64,000 nucleotides of DNA from an uncultured beta proteobacterium (GTDB taxonomy: Bacteria > Pseudomonadota > Gammaproteobacteria > Burkholderiales > SG8-41), in assembly GCA_902825845.1 (NCBI GenBank), contig CADECM010000022.1:160-64159 (forward strand), written 5' to 3'. Numbering within the stretch: the stretch's first letter is position 1; every line of letters begins with the position of its first letter. Positions 18,560 through 27,790 of the stretch are shown in pieces. The notes under the pieces were generated by a model. That model saw only the letters and a list, made by a program, of their open reading frames with translations, made no database searches and was not told the origin of the DNA. The position numbers and the translations under genes were made by a program.

Positions 18560-20155
18560 ATGGACATGTTCGACTTTCAGTTTCCCTATCCGTCACAGCG
18601 TATGCCCGTGCTTGCGCGCAACTGTGTCGCGACCTCGCAACCGCTGGCGGCGCAGGCCGGCCTGCGCATGATGCTGAAAGGCGGCAACGCGGTGGACGCC
18701 ATCCTTGCCTCGGCCATCTCGCTGACCGTACTGGAACCCACCAGCAATGGCATCGGCAGCGACGCGTTCTGCATCATGTGGGACGGCAAACAGCTGAAGG
18801 GTCTGAACGCCTCGGGCCGCTCGCCGGCCGCGTGGACGCCCGACCGGTTCAAGGGCAAAAGTGCGATGCCGGCGCGTGGCTGGGATTCGGTGACGGTGCC
18901 CGGCGCGGTATCGGCATGGGTCGAGATGTCGGCAAAATATGGAAAGCTACCCTTCGCCGACCTGTTCGAACCCGCCATCAAGTACGCGAGCGATGGTTAC
19001 ATGGTTTCGCCAACGATTTCCCGCCTGTGGGCCGGTGGCGTCGCCGAGTTGAGCGCACAGCCGGGCTTTGCCGAGGCATTCATGCCGCATGGCCGCGCGG
19101 TGCAGGCCGGCGAAACCTTCGTGGCCAAGGCGCACGCGGCAACGCTTCAGCGCATTGCCGAGACCAAAGGCGAGGCTTTTTATCGCGGCGATCTCGCTGA
19201 AAAAATCGCGGCTTTCGCCAAACAACACGGCGCTGCGCTGACGCTCGAGGACCTGGCAACGCACACCCTCGACTGGGTGGAGCCTGTCGGCATCGATTAT
19301 CGTGGCTACACGCTGCACGAGATTCCGCCCAACGGCCAGGGCATCGCGGCGCTGATCGCGCTGGGCATCCTCGAAAACTTCGATGTCGCCGCGCTGCCGA
19401 TCGATTCCCCCGACTGCATGCACCTGAAAATCGAGGCGATGAAACTCGCGTTTGCAGACATCAACGAATACGTGTCGGACATATCCACCATGCGCGTGAC
19501 GCCGGCGCAGATGCTCGACAAGGCCTATCTGAAGGAGCGCGCCAAACTGATCGACATGAAAAAGGCCGGCACGCCGTCCTTCGGCACGCCCAGCAGGGGC
19601 GGCACGGTGTATCTCACCGCTGCCGACGAGTCGGGCATGATGGTGTCGTACATTCAGTCCAACTACTCCGGTTTCGGATCGGGCGTGGTGGTGCCCGGCA
19701 CCGGCATCAGCCTGCAGAATCGGGGCTATGGCTTCAGCCTGAAACCCGGCCATGCCAACGTCGTCGCGCCGAAGAAGCGCCCGTTTCACACCATCATTCC
19801 CGGCTTCCTGACCAAAGCCGGCCAGCCGCTGATGAGTTTCGGCGTGATGGGCGGCTCAATGCAGGCGCAGGGCCATATGCAGGTGGTTTCGCGCATGGTC
19901 GATTACCACCAGAACCCGCAGGCAGCCAGCGACGCACCGCGCTGGCGCATCGACAGCGGGGTCACGGTCGGCATCGAGCACGGCGTGCCCGCCGCGACCA
20001 TTGCCGCGCTGCAGGCGCGCGGCCATGACATGCCGCAGGCGGATCGCTGGAGCACGGACTTCGGCCGCGCGCAATTGATTTACAAGATGGAAAACGATGG
20101 CGGCTACTTCGCCGCTTCGGAACGGCGGGCCGATGGCCAGGCGGTAGGTTACTAA
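18560..20155 (+). CDS. gamma-glutamyltransferase family protein (paralog 2)
   Basis: 531 aa with the GGNAVDAILA motif and the nucleophile context GGTVYLTAAD. Divergent from paralog 1. Confidence 0.85.
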   Translation: MDMFDFQFPYPSQRMPVLARNCVATSQPLAAQAGLRMMLKGGNAVDAILASAISLTVLEPTSNGIGSDAFCIMWDGKQLKGLNASGRSPAAWTPDRFKGKSAMPARGWDSVTVPGAVSAWVEMSAKYGKLPFADLFEPAIKYASDGYMVSPTISRLWAGGVAELSAQPGFAEAFMPHGRAVQAGETFVAKAHAATLQRIAETKGEAFYRGDLAEKIAAFAKQHGAALTLEDLATHTLDWVEPVGIDYRGYTLHEIPPNGQGIAALIALGILENFDVAALPIDSPDCMHLKIEAMKLAFADINEYVSDISTMRVTPAQMLDKAYLKERAKLIDMKKAGTPSFGTPSRGGTVYLTAADESGMMVSYIQSNYSGFGSGVVVPGTGISLQNRGYGFSLKPGHANVVAPKKRPFHTIIPGFLTKAGQPLMSFGVMGGSMQAQGHMQVVSRMVDYHQNPQAASDAPRWRIDSGVTVGIEHGVPAATIAALQARGHDMPQADRWSTDFGRAQLIYKMENDGGYFAASERRADGQAVGY

Positions 20156-20184
20156 AAATAGTTGTTTAAAAACAAATACTTACA
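20155..20184 (+). repeat. AT-rich boundary motif, copy d
   Basis: AAAATAGTTGTTTAAAAACAAATACTTACA. Overlaps the stop codons of both convergent genes (20153..20155 and 20180..20182). Confidence 0.7.
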
Positions 20185-20908
20185 TTCTAAGCGTTGAAGC
20201 GTTGTCTTCCTCCAGCAGCGCTTGTAATGTCCTGGACTTGAATTCGCGGTGATACAACACCGCGATCACCCACGCCGTTGCCACCACCATCAGCACCGGA
20301 TGCAGGAACCAGCCCATCGCCGCCACGGCGAAATAGTACGAGCGCAAGCCGTGATTGAAATTCGACATCGCGTAAGACGTGATGCGGGCGATGCGATTGA
20401 TTTGTGCGGCGAATTGCTCCGGGTTTTCCTTGGGCATCTTCGGGCCGGCCGCCACCAGAATGCCTGCGAAATTGACCTGCCGTATCGACCAGGAAAACTT
20501 AAAGAACGCGTGCACGAAAATCAGCACCAGCAGCAGCATCTTCAGTTCCAGCAGCCGCGATGAGGCCTTGACCGTAAACGGCAGTCCCGACACCAGATCC
20601 TGCGCCTGCTGCACATAGCCCATTGACGCCAGCAACGCACCGAGAATCAGCATGGTGGTGGAGGCAAAAAACTGCGAACTGCGCGTAATGTTGCGCATCA
20701 CGTTGACATCGACCATGCGGTTGTCGCGCCCGATCATCTGCACCATCCACTCGCGGCGAAAGTGGTCCATTCTCGTATGCAGGCTGGGCACCCGCCTGCC
20801 GTGCCAATCCGCGAATACCACGTAGCCGACCCAGCCCGCCGCGAATAGCAACACGGCGGCAAGGTCGGACCAGGTGAGACTGAGTTCAGTAAATATTCTG
20901 CCGAGCAT
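20180..20908 (-). CDS. DUF599 family membrane protein
   Basis: Multi-TM protein whose N-terminus WSDLAAVLLFAAGWVGY and overall pattern resemble DUF599. Start ATG 20908; an alternative is 20929. Confidence 0.6.
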   Translation of the reverse strand: MLGRIFTELSLTWSDLAAVLLFAAGWVGYVVFADWHGRRVPSLHTRMDHFRREWMVQMIGRDNRMVDVNVMRNITRSSQFFASTTMLILGALLASMGYVQQAQDLVSGLPFTVKASSRLLELKMLLLVLIFVHAFFKFSWSIRQVNFAGILVAAGPKMPKENPEQFAAQINRIARITSYAMSNFNHGLRSYYFAVAAMGWFLHPVLMVVATAWVIAVLYHREFKSRTLQALLEEDNASTLRM

Positions 20909-21024
20909 GATGCCGCGATTGTAAAGCAATCATCCGCGCGCCGGTCCGGGCGTTTACATTACAATCCTGCTCCACAATACTCGAACCGCCGACAAACGCT
21001 GCCTTTACCCGGCAAGGAATCGCC

Positions 21025-21705
21025 ATGACGTCGCCCAACACCGGCATGCTGCTGGCCATGCTGGAACTGCAGGACAGCATGAACCGCAAGATCGACAACG
21101 ACTGGTTGTCAAAGCGCCACGCCTATCTGCGCGCGGTGCTGGTCGAAGCCACCGAAGCACTGGAGCACTACGGCTGGAAGTGGTGGAAAAAGCAAACGCC
21201 CGACATGGCGCAATTGCGCATTGAAATGATCGACATCTGGCATTTTGTGCTGTCGGAGTACCTGTTGCGTGCGGGCGGCAACAAGAACGCTGCGCTACAA
21301 GCAATGCTAAGCGACTGGCATGCCGGCGCCACCGTTGACTTGGATGGCACGCACTACGAACTGGATACACTCGACATGCGCCGGCAACTTGAACTGCTGG
21401 CCGCGCTGGCAGCGGTACGGCGGCTGTGCCTGCCACTGGTGGCGCGGCTGTTTGCCGCCAGCGATTTGCCGCCGGCCGCGCTGTTTCGCGACTACGTATC
21501 GAAAAACGTGCTCAACCACTTTCGGCAGGATCGCGGCTACAAAAGCGGCACCTACAAAAAATTCTGGGATGGTGCCGAGGACAACGTGCACATGGCACAA
21601 CTGCTGGAATCCATCACCGTGCCTGATGAACACCTGCCCGACGCTTTGTATCATGCACTGGCGGCACGCTACGATCAATTGTCGGCGGCGGGCAGGCTGG
21701 GCTGA
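21025..21705 (+). CDS. dimeric (all-alpha) dUTPase-like NTP pyrophosphohydrolase
   Basis: MLELQDSMNRKI..LRAVLVEATEALEHYGWKWWKK..IEMIDIWHFVLS pattern resembles the dUTPase_2 family. Confidence 0.55.
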   Translation: MTSPNTGMLLAMLELQDSMNRKIDNDWLSKRHAYLRAVLVEATEALEHYGWKWWKKQTPDMAQLRIEMIDIWHFVLSEYLLRAGGNKNAALQAMLSDWHAGATVDLDGTHYELDTLDMRRQLELLAALAAVRRLCLPLVARLFAASDLPPAALFRDYVSKNVLNHFRQDRGYKSGTYKKFWDGAEDNVHMAQLLESITVPDEHLPDALYHALAARYDQLSAAGRLG

Positions 21706-21755
21706 ATTCCGCGAGGCGAACACCGGCTCGCGCGAGGGCGCGGCCCACGCAACCG

Positions 21756-22733
21756 CTACTGATCCAGCTTGATGTTGGCGGCCTTGATCGCGTGGGCATA
21801 TCGCGCCGTCTCAGCCTTGATCCTGGCGGCGAATTGCGCCGGATTCGAAACGTAAGGTTCGGCCCCCACCGTGGCCAGCCTTTCCCTGACATCCGGCATC
21901 ACCAGAATCCTGCCGATCTCATCCGACATTTTGCCGATGAGCGGCTTCGCGACGCCGGCGGGGAACACCACGCCCTGCCAGTAGTTCACGTCGAAATTCG
22001 GCAGGCCGCCCTCGCCAAAGGTCGGCAGCTGTGGCAAGGCCGCCAGGCGCGACTCCCCCGTAATGGCCATGGCCTTGAGCTTGCCGCTCTTCACATGACC
22101 AATCAGGTTGATCGGAACGTTCAGATGCGCCTGCACCTGACCACCGAGCAGATCCACCAGCGCCGGACCGCCACCTTTGTACGGCACGTGCTGCAGCTTG
22201 ATGCCCGCCAGGATGCTCAATACTTCCATCGCGACATGGCCCTGACCACCGCTGCCGGACGAGGCGTAGTTGAGTTTCCCGGGACGGGACTTCGCATACG
22301 CAATCCACTCCTGCAGGTTGCCCACCGGTATCGAGGAATGCAAGACCAGCATGAACGGAATGCGCGTCAGGGAGGCTACCGGCGCGAAATCGCGCAGCGT
22401 GTCATATGGCAGCCTGGGGTACAGATTCGGCAGAATCGCCAGCGTGCTGTCCACGAATAACATGGTGTAGCCATCCGGCGTGGCACGGGCGCCAATTTCA
22501 GTTCCGATAATGGTATTGCCGCCGCCACGATTATCCACCAGCACCTGCTGGCCCCAGCCATCGGTCAGCTTCTGACCGATGATGCGTGCCACCACCGTGG
22601 TACCGCCGCCTGGCGGGTATGGCGTAATGAATCGAATTGGCTTGGCAGGATAGGATGGCTGGGCGGCGGCACCGGTGACAGCCAACATCACGCCTGCAGC
22701 CAGCACGCTCGTCCATGCGATTGAGCACCTCAT
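21756..22733 (-). CDS. Bug family tripartite tricarboxylate transporter substrate-binding protein (TctC-like)
   Basis: Signal peptide followed by the YPAKPIRFITPYPPGGGTT motif. Start ATG 22733. Confidence 0.85.
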   Translation of the reverse strand: MRCSIAWTSVLAAGVMLAVTGAAAQPSYPAKPIRFITPYPPGGGTTVVARIIGQKLTDGWGQQVLVDNRGGGNTIIGTEIGARATPDGYTMLFVDSTLAILPNLYPRLPYDTLRDFAPVASLTRIPFMLVLHSSIPVGNLQEWIAYAKSRPGKLNYASSGSGGQGHVAMEVLSILAGIKLQHVPYKGGGPALVDLLGGQVQAHLNVPINLIGHVKSGKLKAMAITGESRLAALPQLPTFGEGGLPNFDVNYWQGVVFPAGVAKPLIGKMSDEIGRILVMPDVRERLATVGAEPYVSNPAQFAARIKAETARYAHAIKAANIKLDQ

Positions 22734-22918
22734 TGCCTGACCTCCCGGACTTCGGGTTGAACATTCGGTCGCACTACTGGTGCAAGCCCGCGCGACATTC
22801 CGCAGGATGTGCGACAGGTTACACAAAATGCACCGACCACGGCTAATGCTATCGGTGTGGCTGCTATCGACAACACGGGGTTATGCACACGGACTGCGCC
22901 AGTCGCGCTTTCGCCGCG

Positions 22919-22953
22919 CCGAAAACACAGCGGCCACCCGCAGGTGGCCGCTG
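22919..22953 (-). terminator. candidate intrinsic terminator after the UGSC gene
   Basis: 11-bp perfect stem CAGCGGCCACC / GGTGGCCGCTG with a 4-nt loop, followed on the minus strand by TGTTTTC. Confidence 0.5.
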
Positions 22954-22970
22954 GCCGGCGCACACCACAA

Positions 22971-23507
22971 CTAGCCCTTCTGCCCTTCCAGCAGCAACTT
23001 AGCCACTTCCGGCGCAATGGCCGCCGCGCGCTCGTCGAGTTGCTTGTCCGTCAGATTCGCAATCGGATGCGGCATTTCGAGGAAACGGAAGCCCTCCAGT
23101 CCCCAGGTGCGTGCCATGGCATTGCCGGTGGCGCGGAACACGTGGGTGATGATCGAGGCCGAGGGAATCCCTTGCTGTTCAAACACGATGCTGTCGAGCA
23201 CACTGCCCGAGCTGCATGACCCTCAGTCGCCGACGCCGGCAACAATGACGTCGACGTTGCCTTTGTATTCCTCGATGATCTCGGCATGCGGCGCCGAACC
23301 CGAACTCTTCTTGCGGCGGATCACGCGCGACTTGGTGCCGTGTTCCTTTTCCAGTATGTCGGCAATACGCATCAGCAACTGGTCAGAGTTGTGCTTGGTG
23401 TTGTCGATCAGACCGACCCGCAGGCCGTTGAGAGACTTGGGACGTGGCGCGTAATTGATGCGCCGCCCCGCTATCTCGGTGGTGGGATCCAGAATTTGCA
23501 CGGTCAT
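22971..23507 (-). CDS. UGSC-type (GrdB/PrdB-like) candidate selenoprotein with an in-frame TGA
   Basis: ATG 23507 has AGGAG upstream. ORFs 23223..23576 and 22971..23201 are in the same frame and are joined by the TGA at 23223..23225. Read-through gives ...VDVIVAGVGD-U-GSCSSGSVLDSIVFEQQGIPSASI...EMPHPI. Confidence 0.7.
23194..23210 (-). promoter_or_regulatory. candidate SECIS-like hairpin downstream of the UGSC TGA
   Basis: mRNA UCGGGCA-GUG-UGCUCGA, 13-29 nt after the UGA. The loop contains G and U. Confidence 0.3.
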
Positions 23508-23595
23508 ATGATGTGCTCCTTTCGATGAAAACAAACAAAAAAACCTTTGCCACAGATTAACGCAGATCAAAACCAAAGGGGTTTGCGACTCACGC

Positions 23596-24627
23596 CTACT
23601 TGATCTCCCGCGTCACGCTTTGCGAGCCGTTTTTGCCGCCCCAGCCCGGGATAAAACACGATTGCACGCCGGCAATGCCGCCCGCCGCGATCACCAGGAA
23701 ATCCTGCGGGGTTTCCACCAATGTCACCATGTTCTTTTCGTCATCCGCGGTCACCTCGCCCGGGGCGACGTGAATGCGCTTCAATTCCGCCAGCGACGTC
23801 CTGGAATGCTCGAAACAGAAATTCTGCACCTGCTCGCGCGTCCAGCCGGCTTTCTTGATGGTCAACTGATGCTCGCCCGGAAACACCATAGCATACTGCG
23901 GCTTGCGATTGCTGCCCGCGGATATACGCATGCTCGCGCACATGGTTTCCAGTATGCCGTCAGGCGTGGCGCTCAACTGGTTGGAAATCTGGTGCGGGGC
24001 CAGTGCCGCGAACACGGTCACCGCGTTCTGCTCCCTGCTGAAGCCGCGCGTGGTATGGAACGGCGGCCACGGACTGCTGTCCGTCTCGTTCTCGGCGATG
24101 CAGTAGGAATACTTGCCGCCGTGTCCCATGCTGCTGCGATCCAGTTCGCCGGGCAGCGTACCAATCACATTGCGCATTACCAGCCGCACTGCGCGGCCGA
24201 TGGTGGCGTTCGCGCGCCAGCCGGGGCCGAACAGGTTGTCGCCGGAATTCATGTCGAGCTTTTTGGCAATGGGGCCGTTTACCAGCATGAATACCGCCGA
24301 TCCGCCGGTGCTGGTGGCCGGGCCATGGTAACCATACTTGGGGTCCGCCAGCGCTTCGATCGCGGCGGCCACCACCGGCATGTATTCGGGCTTGCAGCCG
24401 GCCATCACAGCGTTGATCGCCACTTTTTCCGCGGTCACTTTCACCTGGCGGTTTTCGATAAACGCCAGCTGGTGCTGCGGATCGAGTTTGGCCGCCGTCA
24501 GCATCGCTTCGACTTTTTCCGCGGTCGGCGGTATCACCGGCAGACCGTCGGTCCATCCGTTCGCGTAGCAAAGTTCCAGCGCATCCCCCACATCCTTCGC
24601 GTCATGCCGCCGTGCTTTCAGTTCCAT
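23596..24627 (-). CDS. conserved-looking hypothetical protein (343 aa), family not recognised
   Basis: AGGAAAG lies upstream of the ATG. Sequence blocks GWTDGLPVIPPT and AINAVMAGCKPEYMPVV. Sits immediately upstream of the UGSC gene. Confidence 0.65.
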   Translation of the reverse strand: MELKARRHDAKDVGDALELCYANGWTDGLPVIPPTAEKVEAMLTAAKLDPQHQLAFIENRQVKVTAEKVAINAVMAGCKPEYMPVVAAAIEALADPKYGYHGPATSTGGSAVFMLVNGPIAKKLDMNSGDNLFGPGWRANATIGRAVRLVMRNVIGTLPGELDRSSMGHGGKYSYCIAENETDSSPWPPFHTTRGFSREQNAVTVFAALAPHQISNQLSATPDGILETMCASMRISAGSNRKPQYAMVFPGEHQLTIKKAGWTREQVQNFCFEHSRTSLAELKRIHVAPGEVTADDEKNMVTLVETPQDFLVIAAGGIAGVQSCFIPGWGGKNGSQSVTREIK

Positions 24628-24679
24628 GTTGGACTTTCCTGATGGTGATATTTATTAACAGCCTCTCGCGATTTCAGCG

Positions 24680-25765
24680 TCAAGTCAAGACGTATTTCGC
24701 GTCACAACGCGCGCAGATGTCGCGAATGTGCCGATCCAGCTTTTCCGGTATCGGGATGCCATTCTTGAGCCGGCTTTCGCGCTCGGCGGCCTCCGGATCG
24801 CCCGCCACCAGCACCGGGCGCTCGGGGTCCAATGGCGGCGTGGCATGCAAAATGTCGATCACCTCGTCCAGATCGTTCTCAAACTCCCCTTCTCCGCGAA
24901 AGGCCCTGGGATCGATGGCCAGAAAAAAATGCCCGATGTTGTCCGGATCCTTGTCGCCCTGCGATTTTTCGCGAATGGGTGAAAAACTGCCGCCGTTCAG
25001 GGTACCGCCGAGAATATGCGCCATCATCGCCAGGCCATAGCCTTTGTAGCTCGCCATCGATTCCATGCCGCCCACCGGCGTGATGCCGCCCGCCTTGTTG
25101 CCCTCGCGCATCATCGCCAGGGCCTTGCCCGCATCGGTAACCGTCCTGCCCTCGCCGTCAATCACCCAGCCTTCGGGCAATTTCTTGTTGTTCAGGTCGT
25201 AGACCTTGACCTTGTTGGCGGCGGAGGTGGTGGTCGCCATATCGAGCGTGAACGGCCGGTTGCGTTTTGCCGGCGCGCTGAAGGCGATGGGATTGGTGCC
25301 CAGCACGGGAATTTTGCCGCGCGTGGGCACCATGGTAATCCCGCGCGTGGCGCTGGTCACCATGCCGATTACGCCGCGCCTGGACGCGATGCGCGCGTAG
25401 ACGCCAGTGGCGCCGAAGTGATGCGAGTTGCGCACGCCCACGCCGGCAACACCAATTTTCAGCGCCTTGTCCACCGCGAGGTTCATGGCGAACACCGACA
25501 CCGGATGGCCCAGACCAGCCTGTCCGTCGACCAGCGCCATCGCCGGCGTATCTCGAACAATGGTGGGCTTGGCATGCAGGTTGAGCTTGCCCTCGAGTTT
25601 GCGCGCCTCGTACGTCATCAGCATCGAAATGCCATGCGAATCCACGCCCAGCAAATCGGTTTCCACCATCGCATCGGCGGTGATGGCGACCAGATCGTCC
25701 GCCATACCCCAGGCACGAAGGATGTTGACGATTTGCTGGCGCACGCGGTCGTGAGTGATGTTCAT
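24680..25765 (-). CDS. Ldh_2 family (malate/L-lactate/sulfolactate dehydrogenase-type) oxidoreductase
   Basis: 361 aa with MVETDLLGVDSHGISML and RNSHHFGATG motifs. Confidence 0.85.
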   Translation of the reverse strand: MNITHDRVRQQIVNILRAWGMADDLVAITADAMVETDLLGVDSHGISMLMTYEARKLEGKLNLHAKPTIVRDTPAMALVDGQAGLGHPVSVFAMNLAVDKALKIGVAGVGVRNSHHFGATGVYARIASRRGVIGMVTSATRGITMVPTRGKIPVLGTNPIAFSAPAKRNRPFTLDMATTTSAANKVKVYDLNNKKLPEGWVIDGEGRTVTDAGKALAMMREGNKAGGITPVGGMESMASYKGYGLAMMAHILGGTLNGGSFSPIREKSQGDKDPDNIGHFFLAIDPRAFRGEGEFENDLDEVIDILHATPPLDPERPVLVAGDPEAAERESRLKNGIPIPEKLDRHIRDICARCDAKYVLT

Positions 25766-25872
25766 GAAGGCTCCGTTCTGTGATGGTCAAACAACCGGCA
25801 AACGTATTCGGAACAGAAAAAGCACCCGGCGCAGCTTGCATCCGCAGGCGCCCGCCCGGATCAACACGGCAC

Positions 25873-26634
25873 TTATATCATGGTCGCGCCGCCGTTCACA
25901 TCCATCGTCACGCCGGTCACGTAGGAGGCCTCGGGACTCGCCAGAAACACCACCGCCGCCGCGATTTCTTCCGGCCTGGCGAGGCGGCCCACCGGCGTGG
26001 ATTTTTCGATGTGCGCAATACGCTCCGGCGTGCGTATGCCAAGGGTGCGCGGCGTCAGCACATTGGCCGGCGCGACCGCATTCACGGTGATGCCGTATTT
26101 ACCCAGATCGAGCGCCGCCTGCCGCGTCAGCGCCAGCACGCCGCCCTTTGCCGCGGTGTAGTGCGGCGGATTGGGATTGACCCCGCTGCGTGCCGCCATG
26201 CTGGAGAGGGTGACAAAGCGGCCGTAGCTTGCGCCCATCATCAGCGGCGCGGCGGCCTTCAGCAGGTAGAACATCGAACGCAGATTCGAATTGACCACCG
26301 TATCCCACGCTTCCACCGGACAGTCGATCAGATTCACGTACTGGGGAAAGCCGCCGGCGCTGTGCACTACGATGTCGAGTCGTCCCGCGCGCGCGTGCGC
26401 GTCCTGCACCGATTTCTGCGTCGCTTCCCAGCTCAGCAAATCCGTGACGCACGGCCAGGCCTCGCCGCCTTCGGCAACGATCGAATCAGCAACGCGCCGC
26501 GCGCCCGCGGCATTGATGTCCATCACGCCAACACGGGCGCCACGGCGCGCCAGTTCGCGCGCGGTGGCTTCCCCGATGCCGGTTGCCGCTCCGCTCACCA
26601 ATGCAAATTGCCCGGCAAAACCACTGGTAGTCAT
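25873..26634 (-). CDS. SDR family oxidoreductase
   Basis: VSGAATGIGEA cofactor motif and the YxxxK context SAYGVSKAG-type (YTAAKGG). Start ATG 26634. Confidence 0.85.
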   Translation of the reverse strand: MTTSGFAGQFALVSGAATGIGEATARELARRGARVGVMDINAAGARRVADSIVAEGGEAWPCVTDLLSWEATQKSVQDAHARAGRLDIVVHSAGGFPQYVNLIDCPVEAWDTVVNSNLRSMFYLLKAAAPLMMGASYGRFVTLSSMAARSGVNPNPPHYTAAKGGVLALTRQAALDLGKYGITVNAVAPANVLTPRTLGIRTPERIAHIEKSTPVGRLARPEEIAAAVVFLASPEASYVTGVTMDVNGGATMI

Positions 26635-26711
26635 CGATCTTCCCCTCGCGATTATTGGTTTCAAATCAATCGCTGCAGCAGCGGTGAACCCCGCCACAAC
26701 ATCGCGGCGCG

Positions 26712-27701
26712 CTACTTGGCCTCAAGCTTCGCGTCACGCACCACCTTCGTCCAGCGTGCAATTTCGGATTGCACATGCGCCATGAATCCCTCGGGCGTGG
26801 CGGTGTCGACATCGACAGCCTGTTCTTCCAGGCTTTTCCACAGTGGGCTGCCGTCGGCCAGCAGCTTGTTCATGTCGGCATTGATTTTGGTGATGACAGG
26901 CTGCGGCACCTTTGCCTGCGTGCACAGGCCGTACCAGCCCGTGACATCAAAACCGTTTACGCCCTGCTCCTGAAACGTCGGCACCGCCGGCAAGCGAGAG
27001 TTTCGTTTCGCCGACGTCACGCCCAGACCGCGCAGGCGACCGGATTTGACCGCGGACAGCGGTCCACCCGCAAGATTGCCGACCGACGATTCGATGTGCC
27101 CCGCCATCACGTCAGCCAGCGCCAGCGCCGCTCCCTTGTACGGCACATGCACGATTTTGATGCCGGTGATATTCATCATCAGTTCGACCGACATATGCGG
27201 CGATCCACCCACCCCGGAAGAACCAAAGTTGACCTGACCGGGGTGTGCCTTGGCATAAGCAATGTATTCGCGCAGGGACTTCGCCGGCATGGACGGATGC
27301 ACCATGAAAATATTGGGCACGCCGCCGATCTTCGCGGCAAACGCAAAGTCCCGGATGGGATCGTATTTCAGGCGTTTGCCAAAGCGCGCGGGCGTGACAC
27401 TGTGCGACCCGATATTGCACAACACCAGCGTATAACCGTCAGGCGGCGCGGCCGCCGTGATCTCCGTGGCAATATTGCCTGCCGCGCCGGGCCGGTTTTC
27501 CACCAGTACCTGCGTGCTCCACGCTTTGGTCAACGCCGATGCCACCAGGCGCGCGGTGGTGTCGACGCCGCCCCCCGGGGCGTAACCGACCAAAATGCGC
27601 ACGGGCTTCGACGGATAATTTTGCGCGGTGGCGGGTGGCACGAAACAGGACGTCGCTGCCAACAACGGCAGGGCAATGGCACGCGATCTGAAATACATCA
27701 T
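26712..27701 (-). CDS. Bug family tripartite tricarboxylate transporter substrate-binding protein (TctC-like)
   Basis: Signal peptide followed by the YPSKPVRILVGYAPGGGVD motif. GAGGAG lies upstream of the ATG. Confidence 0.85.
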   Translation of the reverse strand: MMYFRSRAIALPLLAATSCFVPPATAQNYPSKPVRILVGYAPGGGVDTTARLVASALTKAWSTQVLVENRPGAAGNIATEITAAAPPDGYTLVLCNIGSHSVTPARFGKRLKYDPIRDFAFAAKIGGVPNIFMVHPSMPAKSLREYIAYAKAHPGQVNFGSSGVGGSPHMSVELMMNITGIKIVHVPYKGAALALADVMAGHIESSVGNLAGGPLSAVKSGRLRGLGVTSAKRNSRLPAVPTFQEQGVNGFDVTGWYGLCTQAKVPQPVITKINADMNKLLADGSPLWKSLEEQAVDVDTATPEGFMAHVQSEIARWTKVVRDAKLEAK

Positions 27702-27790
27702 GGTCTCCTCGGGTCATGGCGCGCGACACGCCTTGTTTTGAAAAATCCGGCGGCGGCCTGACCCTGATTGTATCGTCATCGCTCATCGCC

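Noticed and set aside
22971-23576. Treating 22971..23201 (76 aa) and 23223..23576 (117 aa) as two independent small genes.
   Set aside because: They share a frame and are separated by only a TGA and seven sense codons. The second ORF has no Shine-Dalgarno sequence. The junction spells the U-G-S-C signature.
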